Source: Rickettsiales bacterium
GTDB lineage: Bacteria; Pseudomonadota; Alphaproteobacteria; Rickettsiales; UBA3002
DNA length: 57,549 nt
Direction: 5' to 3'
Assembly (NCBI GenBank): GCA_044341105.1
Contig: JBIISI010000001.1
Span: forward strand, 1 to 57,549
In this document: positions 19,319 to 28,035 of the stretch, one piece after another
Numbering within the stretch: the first letter of the stretch is position 1
Layout of the letters: the number at the start of each line of letters is the position of its first letter
Position numbers and translations under genes: made by a program
The notes under the pieces: generated by a model
Seen by the model: the letters and a program-made list of their open reading frames with translations, nothing else
Databases searched by the model: none
What the model was told of the DNA's origin: nothing

Positions 19319-19563
19319 CGCTGTTTAGAAACGCGCACGCCGATAGATTGGCCGTTTAGACAACGATTAAATACGTTTTCGCCGATACGGGCGGCTAAAG
19401 AAGATTGAGTGTTACCAGCATTCTCTGTCAAATCCCTTTGTTGGCCATAGCCACCAAGCTCTTTATCTACAGTACGTGTTTGTTGGATTGATTTAGCTGC
19501 TGCCAATGCTGCTACCCGCGTGCATTGATCCATTTTTTCGGGGGTGATGGGGGTGTTCGGCAT
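19315..19563 (-). CDS. Small hypothetical protein (82 aa)
   Basis: ATG preceded by AGGAG with a 6-nt spacer. AT-richer than the flanks. Convergent with cysE, with stop codons overlapping by 4 nt. No family recognised. Confidence 0.55.
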   Translation of the reverse strand: MPNTPITPEKMDQCTRVAALAAAKSIQQTRTVDKELGGYGQQRDLTENAGNTQSSLAARIGENVFNRCLNGQSIGVRVSKQR

Positions 19564-19680
19564 GGGGCGCTCCTGTAATGAATGCCGATTACTTTAGCGG
19601 ATACATGCAATTTCGTTAAGTGAAGTTTTTGTGACAATGGGCGTGACTTTCCGCCAAAAAAGCCTATAACGCGCGGCATT

Positions 19681-20157
19681 ATGATGCTCTCGACCAAAGG
19701 CCGCTATGCCGTGATGGCGATGATCGACCTTGCCACGCAGGATGCGGGCAAGCCGGTGACGCTTGCCGCCATCGCCGACCGGCAGGAGATTCCGCTGGCC
19801 TATCTGGAGCAGATTTTTGCCAAGCTGAAGCGGCAGTTCATCGTGCAGTCCGTGCGCGGGCCGGGCGGGGGCTATAGGCTCGCCAAACCGGCGGAGAAAA
19901 CCACCATCGCCGCCATTGTCAACGCGGCGGAAGAAGACATCGCCGTGATGCGCTGCGAAAGCAGCCACGGCGGCGGCTGCACCAGCAGCAAAACGCGCTG
20001 CATCGCCCATGATTTGTGGGAGGGGCTGGAGCACCAGATCGAGCATTACCTCAGCACCATCACGCTGGCCGATGTCTGCGCCCGCCGCATTCAGGAAATC
20101 TTCCCGCGCGAAACCATGTTCGCCGAATGGGTGGGCAAGGGCGCGGCGGTGGTGTAA
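19681..20157 (+). CDS. iscR: Rrf2-family transcriptional regulator IscR
   Basis: MLSTKGRYAVMAMIDLA winged-helix N-terminus. Cys cluster (C..., CTSSKTRC, then IAHDLW) compatible with the [2Fe-2S] ligands. Heads the ISC operon. Confidence 0.9.
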   Translation: MMLSTKGRYAVMAMIDLATQDAGKPVTLAAIADRQEIPLAYLEQIFAKLKRQFIVQSVRGPGGGYRLAKPAEKTTIAAIVNAAEEDIAVMRCESSHGGGCTSSKTRCIAHDLWEGLEHQIEHYLSTITLADVCARRIQEIFPRETMFAEWVGKGAAVV

Positions 20158-20167
20158 CGAATGGTTC

Positions 20168-20216
20168 TTGTCATCCCTGCGAACGCAGGGATCCCCTTTG
20201 CGAACCCCAATGACAA
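20168..20216. repeat. Family A REP element
   Basis: TTGTCATCCCTGCGAACGCAGGGATCCCCTTTGCGAACCCCAATGACAA. Intergenic, between iscR and the first desulfurase. Confidence 0.8.
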
Positions 20217-20251
20217 ACAGGCAAATGACGCATGCTGAATGGGATAAATCA

Positions 20252-21346
20252 ATGATCTACCTTGATTACAATGCCACTTCCCCGCTGCTGCCCGCCGTGC
20301 GCGAGGCGATGCTGGCGGCGATGGACGCGCCCATGAACCCGAGTTCGGTGCATGGGCTGGGCCGCAGCGCCAAGCGCAAGCTGGAAGACGCACGGCAGGA
20401 AATTGCGCAGGCATTTGGCGCGTTTAGCAACGAAGTGCTGTTCACCGCCAGCGGCACGGAAGCGAACAATATGGTGCTGCGCGCCTTTGCGGGGCAGCCG
20501 TTGCTGGTGAGTGCGATTGAGCATGCCTCCATCGGCAAAACGGCCGACTTGTTGGGCGGCGGGCGCATTCCGGTGACGGGCGAAGGCCTGCTTGATCTGG
20601 CGGCGCTTGAGGGCATGCTGGCCGCGCTGGGCAAGCCCGCGCTGGTATCGGTCATGCTGGCCAACAATGAAACCGGGGTGATTCAGCCCGTGGCGGCGAT
20701 TGCTGATATCGTCCACGCCCATGGCGGGCTGCTGCATTGCGACGCGGTGCAGGGCATCGGCAAGCTGCCGGTCGATTGGGGGCTGCTGAAGGTGGATATG
20801 ATGACCATCAGCGCCCACAAAGTGGGTGGGCCGATTGGGGCGGCGGCGTTGCTGCTGCGCAGTGACCTGCCCATCCGCCCCTTGCTGAGCGGTGGCGGGC
20901 AGGAGCTTGGTCGCCGCGCCGGCACCGAAAACAGCGTGGCGATCCTTGGGTTCGCGCAGGCCGTTGGCATGTTGGCAAACTGCCCGGAGGCCGCGCGCCT
21001 TGCGGCCTTGCGCGACCGGCTGGAAGGCCTGCTGGAAGGGGCGGTGATTTACGGCAAAAACGCACCACGCCTGCCCAATACCAGCATGGTTGGCATGGCG
21101 GGCGTTTCCAGCGAAACGCAGATGATGCATTTCGACCTGAGCGGTTTTGCGGTGTCGGCCGGTTCAGCCTGCTCCTCGGGGCGGCTTGAACCTTCGGCCA
21201 CGCTGATTGCCATGGGCATCGGCAAAGAGCAGGCGGGCCAGACGGTGCGCATTTCGCTGGGCTGGGGCACCACCGAAGCGGATATCGAATCCTTCGCCGC
21301 ATGCTGGAACGCGCTGGCGGCCAGGCTGGGGCGCAAAGCCGCTTAG
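20252..21346 (+). CDS. Cysteine desulfurase, NifS-like (class V aminotransferase)
   Basis: MIYLDYNATSP start, PLP lysine context SAHKVGGPIG and active-site Cys in SAGSACSSG. The track ORF is over-extended upstream through the REP. Confidence 0.88.
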   Translation: MIYLDYNATSPLLPAVREAMLAAMDAPMNPSSVHGLGRSAKRKLEDARQEIAQAFGAFSNEVLFTASGTEANNMVLRAFAGQPLLVSAIEHASIGKTADLLGGGRIPVTGEGLLDLAALEGMLAALGKPALVSVMLANNETGVIQPVAAIADIVHAHGGLLHCDAVQGIGKLPVDWGLLKVDMMTISAHKVGGPIGAAALLLRSDLPIRPLLSGGGQELGRRAGTENSVAILGFAQAVGMLANCPEAARLAALRDRLEGLLEGAVIYGKNAPRLPNTSMVGMAGVSSETQMMHFDLSGFAVSAGSACSSGRLEPSATLIAMGIGKEQAGQTVRISLGWGTTEADIESFAACWNALAARLGRKAA

Positions 21347-21392
21347 CGTTTCTTTGTATTCCCACCCCCGTCAAGGAAACGCTGTGGATGGC

Positions 21393-21423
21393 TTGATAAT
21401 AGTTGACTAGATTACTATGTTAT
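21393..21423 (+). promoter_or_regulatory. Candidate sigma70 promoter (TTGATA-N17-TATGTT) overlapped by an IscR type-1-like box upstream of iscS
   Basis: ATAGTTGACTAGATTACTATGTTAT (21399-21423) matches the remembered type-1 consensus ATASYYGACTRWWWYAGTCRRSTAT at 20 of 25 positions, and the left half is perfect. It lies 38 nt upstream of the iscS ATG. Confidence 0.55.
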
Positions 21424-21460
21424 TCTATGCCGCGGGCAAAAGAAGAAAACGAGACCGGAA

Positions 21461-22699
21461 ATGACCGTTAAACCCCAAGAATCTGCCGTGAAATACCCAA
21501 TTTTCATGGATTACCAATCGACCACGCCCGCCGACCCGCGGGTGGTGACCGCCATGCTGCCGTATTTCACCGAGAAATTCGGCAACCCGCATTCGCGCAG
21601 CCATGCCTATGGCTGGGAAGCGGAAGAGGCCTGCGAACTGGCGCGCGAGCGCGTGGCGCGGCTGATTAACGCCGACGCCAAAGAAATCATCTTCACCAGC
21701 GGCGCGACCGAGGCGAACAACATCGCCCTCAAATCCGTTGGGGCGTTTTACAAAGACAAGAAAAACCACATCATCACCGTGGTGACGGAGCATAAATGCG
21801 TGCTCGATTCGGCGCGCCACATGGAGCAGGAGGGGTATGACGTGACCTACCTGCCGGTGCAGCCGAACGGGCTGATTGATCTCGCAGTGCTGAAAGCCGC
21901 GATTCGCCCGACGACGCTGATGGTGAGCGTGATGGCGGTGAATAACGAAATCGGCGTGATCCAGCCGCTGGCCGAGATCGGCAAAATCACCCGCGAGCAC
22001 GGCGTGCTCTTCCACACCGACGCGGCGCAGGCCTTCGGCAAAATCCCACTCGATGTCGAGGCGATGAACATCGACCTCATGAGCATTTCCGGGCACAAGA
22101 TTTATGCGCCCAAGGGCATTGGTGCGCTGTTTGTGCGCCGCCGCCCGCGCGTGCGCCTCGAGGCGCTGTTTTCCGGTGGCGGGCAGGAGCGCGGCATGCG
22201 CAGCGGCACGCTGCCGACCCCGCTGGTGGTCGGCCTCGGCGAAGCGGCGCGCATCGCCAAGGAAGAAATGCAGGAAGAAGCCGCCCGCATTCGCTACCTC
22301 GCCGACAAGTTTCTTAAAAAAGTGATGGACGACGTCCCCGACGTATTCATGAACGGCGACCGCGAGCAGCGTTGGCCCGGCTGCATCAACCTCAGCTTCG
22401 CCTATATCGAAGGCGAGAGCATGATTATGGCGATCAAGAACCTCGCGGTGAGCAGCGGTTCGGCCTGCACCTCGGCATCGCTGGAGCCCAGCTACGTGCT
22501 GCGCTCGCTGGGCGTGAACGAGGAGCTGGCGCATACCAGCATCCGCTTCGGTATTGGCCGCTTCACCACCGAAGCCGAGATCGACGAAGCGATCCGCATC
22601 GTCAGCGGCAGCATCGAAAAACTCCGCGCCATGAGCCCGCTCTGGGAAATGGTGCAAGAAGGCATTGATATCAGCAAAATCGAGTGGGCAGCCCACTAA
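21461..22699 (+). CDS. iscS: Cysteine desulfurase IscS
   Basis: 412 aa. [30 protein letters not shown] (PLP Lys), [18 protein letters not shown] (active Cys loop) and a C-terminal IEWAAH-type tail. Confidence 0.95.
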   Translation: MTVKPQESAVKYPIFMDYQSTTPADPRVVTAMLPYFTEKFGNPHSRSHAYGWEAEEACELARERVARLINADAKEIIFTSGATEANNIALKSVGAFYKDKKNHIITVVTEHKCVLDSARHMEQEGYDVTYLPVQPNGLIDLAVLKAAIRPTTLMVSVMAVNNEIGVIQPLAEIGKITREHGVLFHTDAAQAFGKIPLDVEAMNIDLMSISGHKIYAPKGIGALFVRRRPRVRLEALFSGGGQERGMRSGTLPTPLVVGLGEAARIAKEEMQEEAARIRYLADKFLKKVMDDVPDVFMNGDREQRWPGCINLSFAYIEGESMIMAIKNLAVSSGSACTSASLEPSYVLRSLGVNEELAHTSIRFGIGRFTTEAEIDEAIRIVSGSIEKLRAMSPLWEMVQEGIDISKIEWAAH

Positions 22700-22709
22700 G
22701 GAGAAGACC

Positions 22710-23096
22710 ATGGCTTATTCAGAAAAACTCGTCGATCATTATGAAAACCCGCGCAACGTGGGCTCGTTCGAAAAGGGTGAAGACAATGTGGGCACGGGCC
22801 TCGTTGGCGCACCGGCTTGTGGCGATGTGATGAAGCTGCAGATCAAGGTGAACGACGCGGGCATTATTGAAGATGCGCGGTTTAAAACCTTCGGCTGCGG
22901 TTCGGCGATTGCCAGCAGCTCGCTGGTGAGCGAGTGGGTGAAGGGCAAGCATGTCGATGAAGCCGCCACCATTAAAAACACGCAGATCGCCGAAGAACTG
23001 GCGCTGCCGCCGGTGAAAATCCACTGCTCGGTGCTGGCGGAAGACGCCATCAAAGCCGCCGTGAGCGATTACAAAGCGAAAAAACATAACCAGTAA
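22710..23096 (+). CDS. iscU: Fe-S cluster assembly scaffold IscU
   Basis: MAYSEKLVDHYENPRNVG, GAPACGDVMKL, FKTFGCGSAIASSS and LPPVKIHCS are canonical IscU motifs. GGAGAAG RBS. Confidence 0.95.
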   Translation: MAYSEKLVDHYENPRNVGSFEKGEDNVGTGLVGAPACGDVMKLQIKVNDAGIIEDARFKTFGCGSAIASSSLVSEWVKGKHVDEAATIKNTQIAEELALPPVKIHCSVLAEDAIKAAVSDYKAKKHNQ

Positions 23097-23105
23097 GGAA
23101 GTTGT

Positions 23106-23158
23106 GGGTTGCGAGTTGCGGGTTGCGAGTGAGTGACCCGAAACCGGCAACCCGGAAC
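23106..23158 (+). other. Intercistronic tandem 11-mer plus stem-loop between iscU and iscA
   Basis: GGGTTGCGAGT occurs twice (23106-23116 and 23120-23130). GTTGCGGGTTGC (23115-23126) pairs with GCAACCCGGAAC (23147-23158) at 11 of 12 positions. Confidence 0.4.
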
Positions 23159-23169
23159 CGGTAACTACC

Positions 23170-23511
23170 ATGCGCCCCACCGCCAAAGCCCTTAGCATCA
23201 CCGACAACGCCGCCGAGCATATCAAGGCGCTGCTGGCGGCGCGTGAGAAGGAATCGGCGGGGATTCGCGTGGGCGTGCGCACGCGCGGCTGCTCGGGCCT
23301 TTCCTACACGGTGGAATATGCCGACGAGATCGGCAAATTCGACGAGGTGGTGGAAGATAAAGGCGTGCGCGTGCTGATCGACCCCAAGGCGGTGATGTTC
23401 CTGATCGGCACGGAGATGGATTTCAAAGAAGAAAAATTCAAAAGCGGCTTCACCTTCACCAACCCCAACGAAAAAGGTCGCTGCGGCTGCGGTGAGAGCT
23501 TTAACGTTTAA
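23170..23511 (+). CDS. iscA: Iron-sulfur cluster insertion protein (IscA/HesB family)
   Basis: 113 aa. RTRGCSGLSY and C-terminal CGCGESF are the three conserved Cys of A-type carriers. Confidence 0.9.
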   Translation: MRPTAKALSITDNAAEHIKALLAAREKESAGIRVGVRTRGCSGLSYTVEYADEIGKFDEVVEDKGVRVLIDPKAVMFLIGTEMDFKEEKFKSGFTFTNPNEKGRCGCGESFNV

Positions 23512-23512
23512 T

Positions 23513-23646
23513 CGTCATTGCGAGCGCAGCGCGGCAATCCAGAAGTTTTCGCACTCTGAGGGTTCTGGATTGGCTCAGCTATGCATGGATTAATCGCCTC
23601 GTTCGCTTCGCTCAGGTGCCGCGTCGCTACGCTCCTTGCAATGACG
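23513..23646. repeat. Family B MITE-like palindromic element (CGTCATTGCGAG ... CTTGCAATGACG)
   Basis: Terminal inverted repeats CGTCATTGCGAG / CTTGCAATGACG. Internal GGCAATCCAGAA / TTCTGGATTGGC pair. Starts 2 nt after the iscA stop. Confidence 0.8.
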
Positions 23647-23658
23647 GTTTTGTAGATA

Positions 23659-23696
23659 TTCTGCGCAGGAAATCCCTGCGTTCGCAGGGATGACAA
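23659..23696. repeat. Family A REP unit
   Basis: TTCTGCGCAGGAAATCCCTGCGTTCGCAGGGATGACAA, the reverse orientation of the 20168 unit. Confidence 0.75.
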
Positions 23697-23785
23697 AAAT
23701 CCAATGCGCCGCGTACTATTGGATTGCTTGCTTTCGCCACGCTAAGCCATAGACAGGCCGCGCAAACTGCCCTATACCGCGCGCG

Positions 23786-24307
23786 ATGCAAAATTTGTTT
23801 GATATTCTGAGCCTGCCCGCGGCGTTTGCGCTGAATCTCAAAACGCTGGAACAGGCCTATTTCGCGGCGCAGCGGCAATGGCACCCGGATCGGTTCGTGG
23901 GCAAGCCGGTGGAGGCTCGCGCCCAAGCGGCGCAGCGCTCGGTGCTGATTAACGATGCCTATGAAACGCTGAAAAACCCGCTCGAACGCGCGAAGCATTT
24001 GCTGGAACTACGCGGCGTGTTTATCGACGATGAAACCAACCCGCCGCCCGCGCTGCTGATGGAAATCATGGAGCTGCGCGAGCGCATTCACGATGCGGGC
24101 GGCGATGGCCGCGCGCTGCTGGCGCTGGTCGATGAAATCAAGCAACTGGCGGGCGATTGCACGCGCGATCTCGGCGCCGCATTTGATGCCGCCGACATGG
24201 CAGCTGCGCAGGCGCAGACATTGCGCATGGGCTATCTCGGCAAAGCGATGGAAGACGCGCATATGCTGCTTTATCGCCTGAAAGCACAGCAGGAGCACCA
24301 CCACTGA
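23786..24307 (+). CDS. hscB: Fe-S protein assembly co-chaperone HscB
   Basis: J-domain with the HPD motif (QRQWHPDRF), a C-terminal helical domain and its position before hscA. Confidence 0.9.
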   Translation: MQNLFDILSLPAAFALNLKTLEQAYFAAQRQWHPDRFVGKPVEARAQAAQRSVLINDAYETLKNPLERAKHLLELRGVFIDDETNPPPALLMEIMELRERIHDAGGDGRALLALVDEIKQLAGDCTRDLGAAFDAADMAAAQAQTLRMGYLGKAMEDAHMLLYRLKAQQEHHH

Positions 24308-26151
24308 TGGCCAACCTCATCCAGATTCACGAGCCGGGGCAAACCCCGCTGCCGCACGCGGAAACTGCCGCCATCGGCATCGACCTTGGCACCACACATA
24401 GCGTGGTTGCCATCGCCACCGACGGCGTGGCGCAGGCGATCAAGGATTCGCATGGCCGCGCGATCATTCCCTCAGTCGTGCATTACGAGGGGGCGCACAT
24501 CACCGTGGGCCACGAAGCGCGCCGCGCGCAGGCCGAAGGCGAGGCGGATGTGGTCGCCTCCGTGAAGCGGCTGATGGGCAAATCGGCCGATGATCTGCTC
24601 GCCAGCGGCGAGGCGGCCGCCTACACGCTCGACCGTGAAAGCGCAGGCATGGTGCGCCTGCAACTGGCGGATAAGCGCGTGAGCCCGGTGGAGGTTTCCG
24701 CCGAGGTGCTGAAACATGTGAAGCACATGGCCGAAGAGGCGCTGGGCCGCGAAGTGGCGCAGGCGGTGATTACCGTGCCCGCCTATTTCGATGACGCCGC
24801 GCGCGCCGCAACGAAAGACGCCGCCAAGCTGGCGGGCCTCGAAGTGCTGCGCCTGATTAACGAACCGACCGCGGCGGCGTTGGCTTATGGCCTCGAAAGC
24901 CACGCGCAGGGCATTTACGCCGTCTACGATTTCGGCGGCGGCACGTTTGATATCTCCATCCTCAAGCTGGAGGAGGGGGTGTTCCAGGTGCTGGCTACCG
25001 CCGGTGACACCGAGCTGGGCGGCGACGATATGGACCGCGCATTGGCGCAATGGGTGATGGCGCAACGCGCGCTGGGCGCGCTGCCGCCCGCCTTGTATGG
25101 CCAGCTGCTTTCCGCCTGCCGCACCGCCAAAGAATCGCTGACGCAGGACATGCAGGCCAATATCCGCTTCGAGGGCGAACATATTCCCATCACCCGCTCC
25201 AAATTCGAGGAACTGGTGGCCGCGCTGGTGGCGCGCACGCTGGTCTGCTGCGAGGCGGCGCTGCGCGATGCGCAATTGCTGCCCGCCGCGATCGACGGGG
25301 TGGTGATGGTGGGCGGATCGACCCGCGTGCCGCTGGTGAAGCAGCGCGTGGCCGAGTATTTCCAGACCGTGCCGCACGACAAGCTCGATCCCGATCTTGT
25401 GGTGGCGATGGGCGCGGCGCTGCAGGCCGAAGCGCTCACCGTCGGCTCCGATAACCTGCTGCTGGATGTGACGCCGCTATCGCTCGGCATCGAAACGATG
25501 GGCGGCATCGTCGAGAAAATCATTTACCGCAACAGCCCCATTCCGGCCTCGGTGGCGCAGGAATTCACCACCTATCAGGACGGCCAGACGGCCATGAAGA
25601 TTCATGTGCTGCAGGGCGAACGTGAGAAAGTGGCCGATTGCCGCTCGCTGGCGCAGTTCGTGCTGCGTGGCATTCCGCCCATGGCGGCGGGCATGGCGCG
25701 CATTCGCATCACCTTCATGATCGACGCGAACGGCATGCTCAGCGTGGCCGCCGAAGAGCTGACCACCGGCGCGAAGCAGCAGGTGGACGTGGAGCCGAGC
25801 TATGGGCTGAGCCTTGAGGAAATGGCGCAAATGCTGGAAGACAGCATGAAATATGCGCAGGCCGATATTGTGGAGCGCCTGCTGATCGAATCGCGCGTCG
25901 AGGCCGAGCGCACGATTCGCGATGTGGACGCCGCCATGCAGGCCGACCCGCAGGCGCTGCGCCCCGGCGAGGCCGCCATGATCGCCGCCCAGTGCGCCAC
26001 GCTGCGCAAGGCCATTGCCGGCACCAGCCGCGACGCGATTGATTACGAGACCAACCAGTTGAATACGCTGATCGGCCCGTTCGCCCAGCGGCGCATGGAC
26101 ATTGCGATCCAGTCGGCGCTGGCGGGCAAGACGGTTGACGAAGTCAAATAA
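24307..26151 (+). CDS. hscA: Fe-S protein assembly chaperone HscA (Hsp70 family)
   Basis: 614 aa. [32 protein letters not shown] and [12 protein letters not shown] are Hsp70 ATPase motifs. Its start overlaps the hscB stop. Confidence 0.95.
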   Translation: MANLIQIHEPGQTPLPHAETAAIGIDLGTTHSVVAIATDGVAQAIKDSHGRAIIPSVVHYEGAHITVGHEARRAQAEGEADVVASVKRLMGKSADDLLASGEAAAYTLDRESAGMVRLQLADKRVSPVEVSAEVLKHVKHMAEEALGREVAQAVITVPAYFDDAARAATKDAAKLAGLEVLRLINEPTAAALAYGLESHAQGIYAVYDFGGGTFDISILKLEEGVFQVLATAGDTELGGDDMDRALAQWVMAQRALGALPPALYGQLLSACRTAKESLTQDMQANIRFEGEHIPITRSKFEELVAALVARTLVCCEAALRDAQLLPAAIDGVVMVGGSTRVPLVKQRVAEYFQTVPHDKLDPDLVVAMGAALQAEALTVGSDNLLLDVTPLSLGIETMGGIVEKIIYRNSPIPASVAQEFTTYQDGQTAMKIHVLQGEREKVADCRSLAQFVLRGIPPMAAGMARIRITFMIDANGMLSVAAEELTTGAKQQVDVEPSYGLSLEEMAQMLEDSMKYAQADIVERLLIESRVEAERTIRDVDAAMQADPQALRPGEAAMIAAQCATLRKAIAGTSRDAIDYETNQLNTLIGPFAQRRMDIAIQSALAGKTVDEVK

Positions 26152-26185
26152 ACCAAGCATAGGCTTGGAAAAAAAGAGAGAGATT

Positions 26186-26524
26186 ATGCCGAAAGTTATT
26201 TTTGCTTATACCGATGGCCACGAACTGGTGGTCGACGCGCCGAACGGAATTTCGCTGCTGGAAGTGGCGCATAAAAACAGCGTGCCGCTGGAAGGCGCGT
26301 GCGAAGGTTCGCTCGCCTGCTCGACCTGCCATGTGGTGATCGATGAAGCGTTCTACGACAAGCTGCCTGCCGCCAGCGACGACGAAGAAGACATGCTCGA
26401 CCTCGCGTTCGGCCTCACGCACACCAGCCGCCTCGGTTGCCAGATCATGATGAATGACAGCCTCGACGGGTTGAAAGTGAAGCTGCCCGCCGCCACACGC
26501 AACATGATGGTCGATAAGAAGTAA
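26186..26524 (+). CDS. fdx: ISC-type [2Fe-2S] ferredoxin
   Basis: [14 protein letters not shown] ... LGCQI is the adrenodoxin-type Cys pattern. 112 aa. Last gene of the ISC operon. Confidence 0.93.
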   Translation: MPKVIFAYTDGHELVVDAPNGISLLEVAHKNSVPLEGACEGSLACSTCHVVIDEAFYDKLPAASDDEEDMLDLAFGLTHTSRLGCQIMMNDSLDGLKVKLPAATRNMMVDKK

Positions 26525-26529
26525 AATCA

Positions 26530-26559
26530 CGCTACTTCGGTGGCGTTTATGTAATTTTT
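26530..26559 (+). terminator. Possible intrinsic terminator after fdx
   Basis: CGCTAC-TTCG-GTGGCG stem (one G-U pair) followed by TTTATGTAATTTTT. Confidence 0.4.
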
Positions 26560-26619
26560 ACTTGTTATTCCGGCGCAGCGATTCATCCTCACGGGCCACA
26601 ACGCCTGCAAGGATGCACC

Positions 26620-28026
26620 ATGACCGAGATTGACACCGCCACCGCCCAGCCCCCCGAACGCAAGCGCCGTGCGCGCCTGATCCTTTATGTGTTGCTTGGA
26701 ACGCTGGTGTTTTTTGCCGCCGCTGTCTTTGTCGCGTCGCAGGTCGGGCTCGACAAGGCGCTGGTGCGCCAGCAGCTCGACCGGCTGGCTGGCCAAATGC
26801 GCGAACGCGGACGCGCGCAGGGCCGCGACGTGGAATTCACCTACAGTGATATTACCATTACCGGCGGGCTGGGCGACCGCCACGCGGTGGTGCACGCGCC
26901 GAAACTGCGCATCCAGCCGCTGGACGCGAAGCCGCGCGCCGATGGCAAGCCGCAATCGCTGCAACTGACCAGCCCGGTGCTGGAGATTTACCCCGAAACC
27001 AGCAGCCTGAGCGCCATGAAACTGGCTCTGCCGCAGCCCATTACCTTCGCCAGCGCCGAGGAGCCGGACAAGAAACTGATGACCCTCAGCAGCGCGACGC
27101 CGCTTGAGGTGCGCTATGCGCACGAGAAAGTGGAGGGCGCACTGGCCGCGCACTGGCAGTTCGATGCGCCGAAATCCTATGAGGTGAGCTACCTGCGCGA
27201 GCAGCGCGCCGAAGGGGCGGAAGACGAAACGCCGACCCTCACCCCCGTCTACCAGACGATGCATGTGACGCTGGAAAAAGGCGTGGGCGAGCTTGCGATG
27301 CTGACGGGCAAAAACGGGCAGGGCACCGGTAGCCTCGAAATCAGCAACGTGGCCATGGCACCGGGGGTGGCGCCGGAAGAAGGCAAAGTCACCATCGACC
27401 AGATCGTGAGCCACTGGAGCAACCAACGCAACGAGAAGAACCTGAACGTGGTGACCTCGAGCTTCGCGATTGATAACGTGCAGGCCGATCCCGAGTTGCT
27501 GCCGTATGCCCCCATCTCGGCGGCGATGGACGTGACCTACGAAGGGGCTATGCCCACCTCGCAGGAAGAACAGGCCGCCATGCAGGCGCAGGAGTCGGCG
27601 TTCAAGCTGAAGACTTTCACCCTCAGCACCAAAGACGCTACCTTCAGCGCCACGGCCGATTTTGTGGCCACGCCGGAAGATCGCTTGCCGGTGGGCATGG
27701 CGAATGTGAGCATCACCAACGTGCCGTTCATTATTGGCGAGCTGAAAAAATACCGCCTGTTCGACGAACAAAAAGAACAGGTACTGGCGGTGCTGTTGCA
27801 GCAGGTCACCGGCACGCCATACGGCGAGCTGAAAGACGTGGTGATCGACGTGAACCGCAGCCGCGGCGGCTCGTTCAAAATCGGCGAGAGCACGTTTGAG
27901 GAGCTGTTCGCATCGCTGCTGCGCGCCAGCATGGGCAAAACCAAACCCGTGCCGGTGCCGAGCATTCCCGACGAGAAAAAAGCCCAACCGCCGGTGAAAG
28001 CGCCGGAAGATGCCAATCGCGGCTAA
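26620..28026 (+). CDS. Hypothetical membrane-anchored protein (single N-terminal TM; possibly the alphaproteobacterial DUF2125 type)
   Basis: AAGGA RBS. KRRARLILYVLLGTLVFFAAAVFVA anchor, a large soluble domain and a Pro/Lys-rich tail. The family assignment is a weak recollection. Confidence 0.75.
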   Translation: MTEIDTATAQPPERKRRARLILYVLLGTLVFFAAAVFVASQVGLDKALVRQQLDRLAGQMRERGRAQGRDVEFTYSDITITGGLGDRHAVVHAPKLRIQPLDAKPRADGKPQSLQLTSPVLEIYPETSSLSAMKLALPQPITFASAEEPDKKLMTLSSATPLEVRYAHEKVEGALAAHWQFDAPKSYEVSYLREQRAEGAEDETPTLTPVYQTMHVTLEKGVGELAMLTGKNGQGTGSLEISNVAMAPGVAPEEGKVTIDQIVSHWSNQRNEKNLNVVTSSFAIDNVQADPELLPYAPISAAMDVTYEGAMPTSQEEQAAMQAQESAFKLKTFTLSTKDATFSATADFVATPEDRLPVGMANVSITNVPFIIGELKKYRLFDEQKEQVLAVLLQQVTGTPYGELKDVVIDVNRSRGGSFKIGESTFEELFASLLRASMGKTKPVPVPSIPDEKKAQPPVKAPEDANRG

Positions 28027-28035
28027 GGAGTACGT

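Noticed and set aside
19564-19680. An IscR autoregulatory box and a GTGACT-N16-TATAAC promoter upstream of iscR.
   Set aside because: No segment matches the type-1 consensus convincingly. The promoter guess would leave an almost leaderless transcript and rests on weak hexamers.
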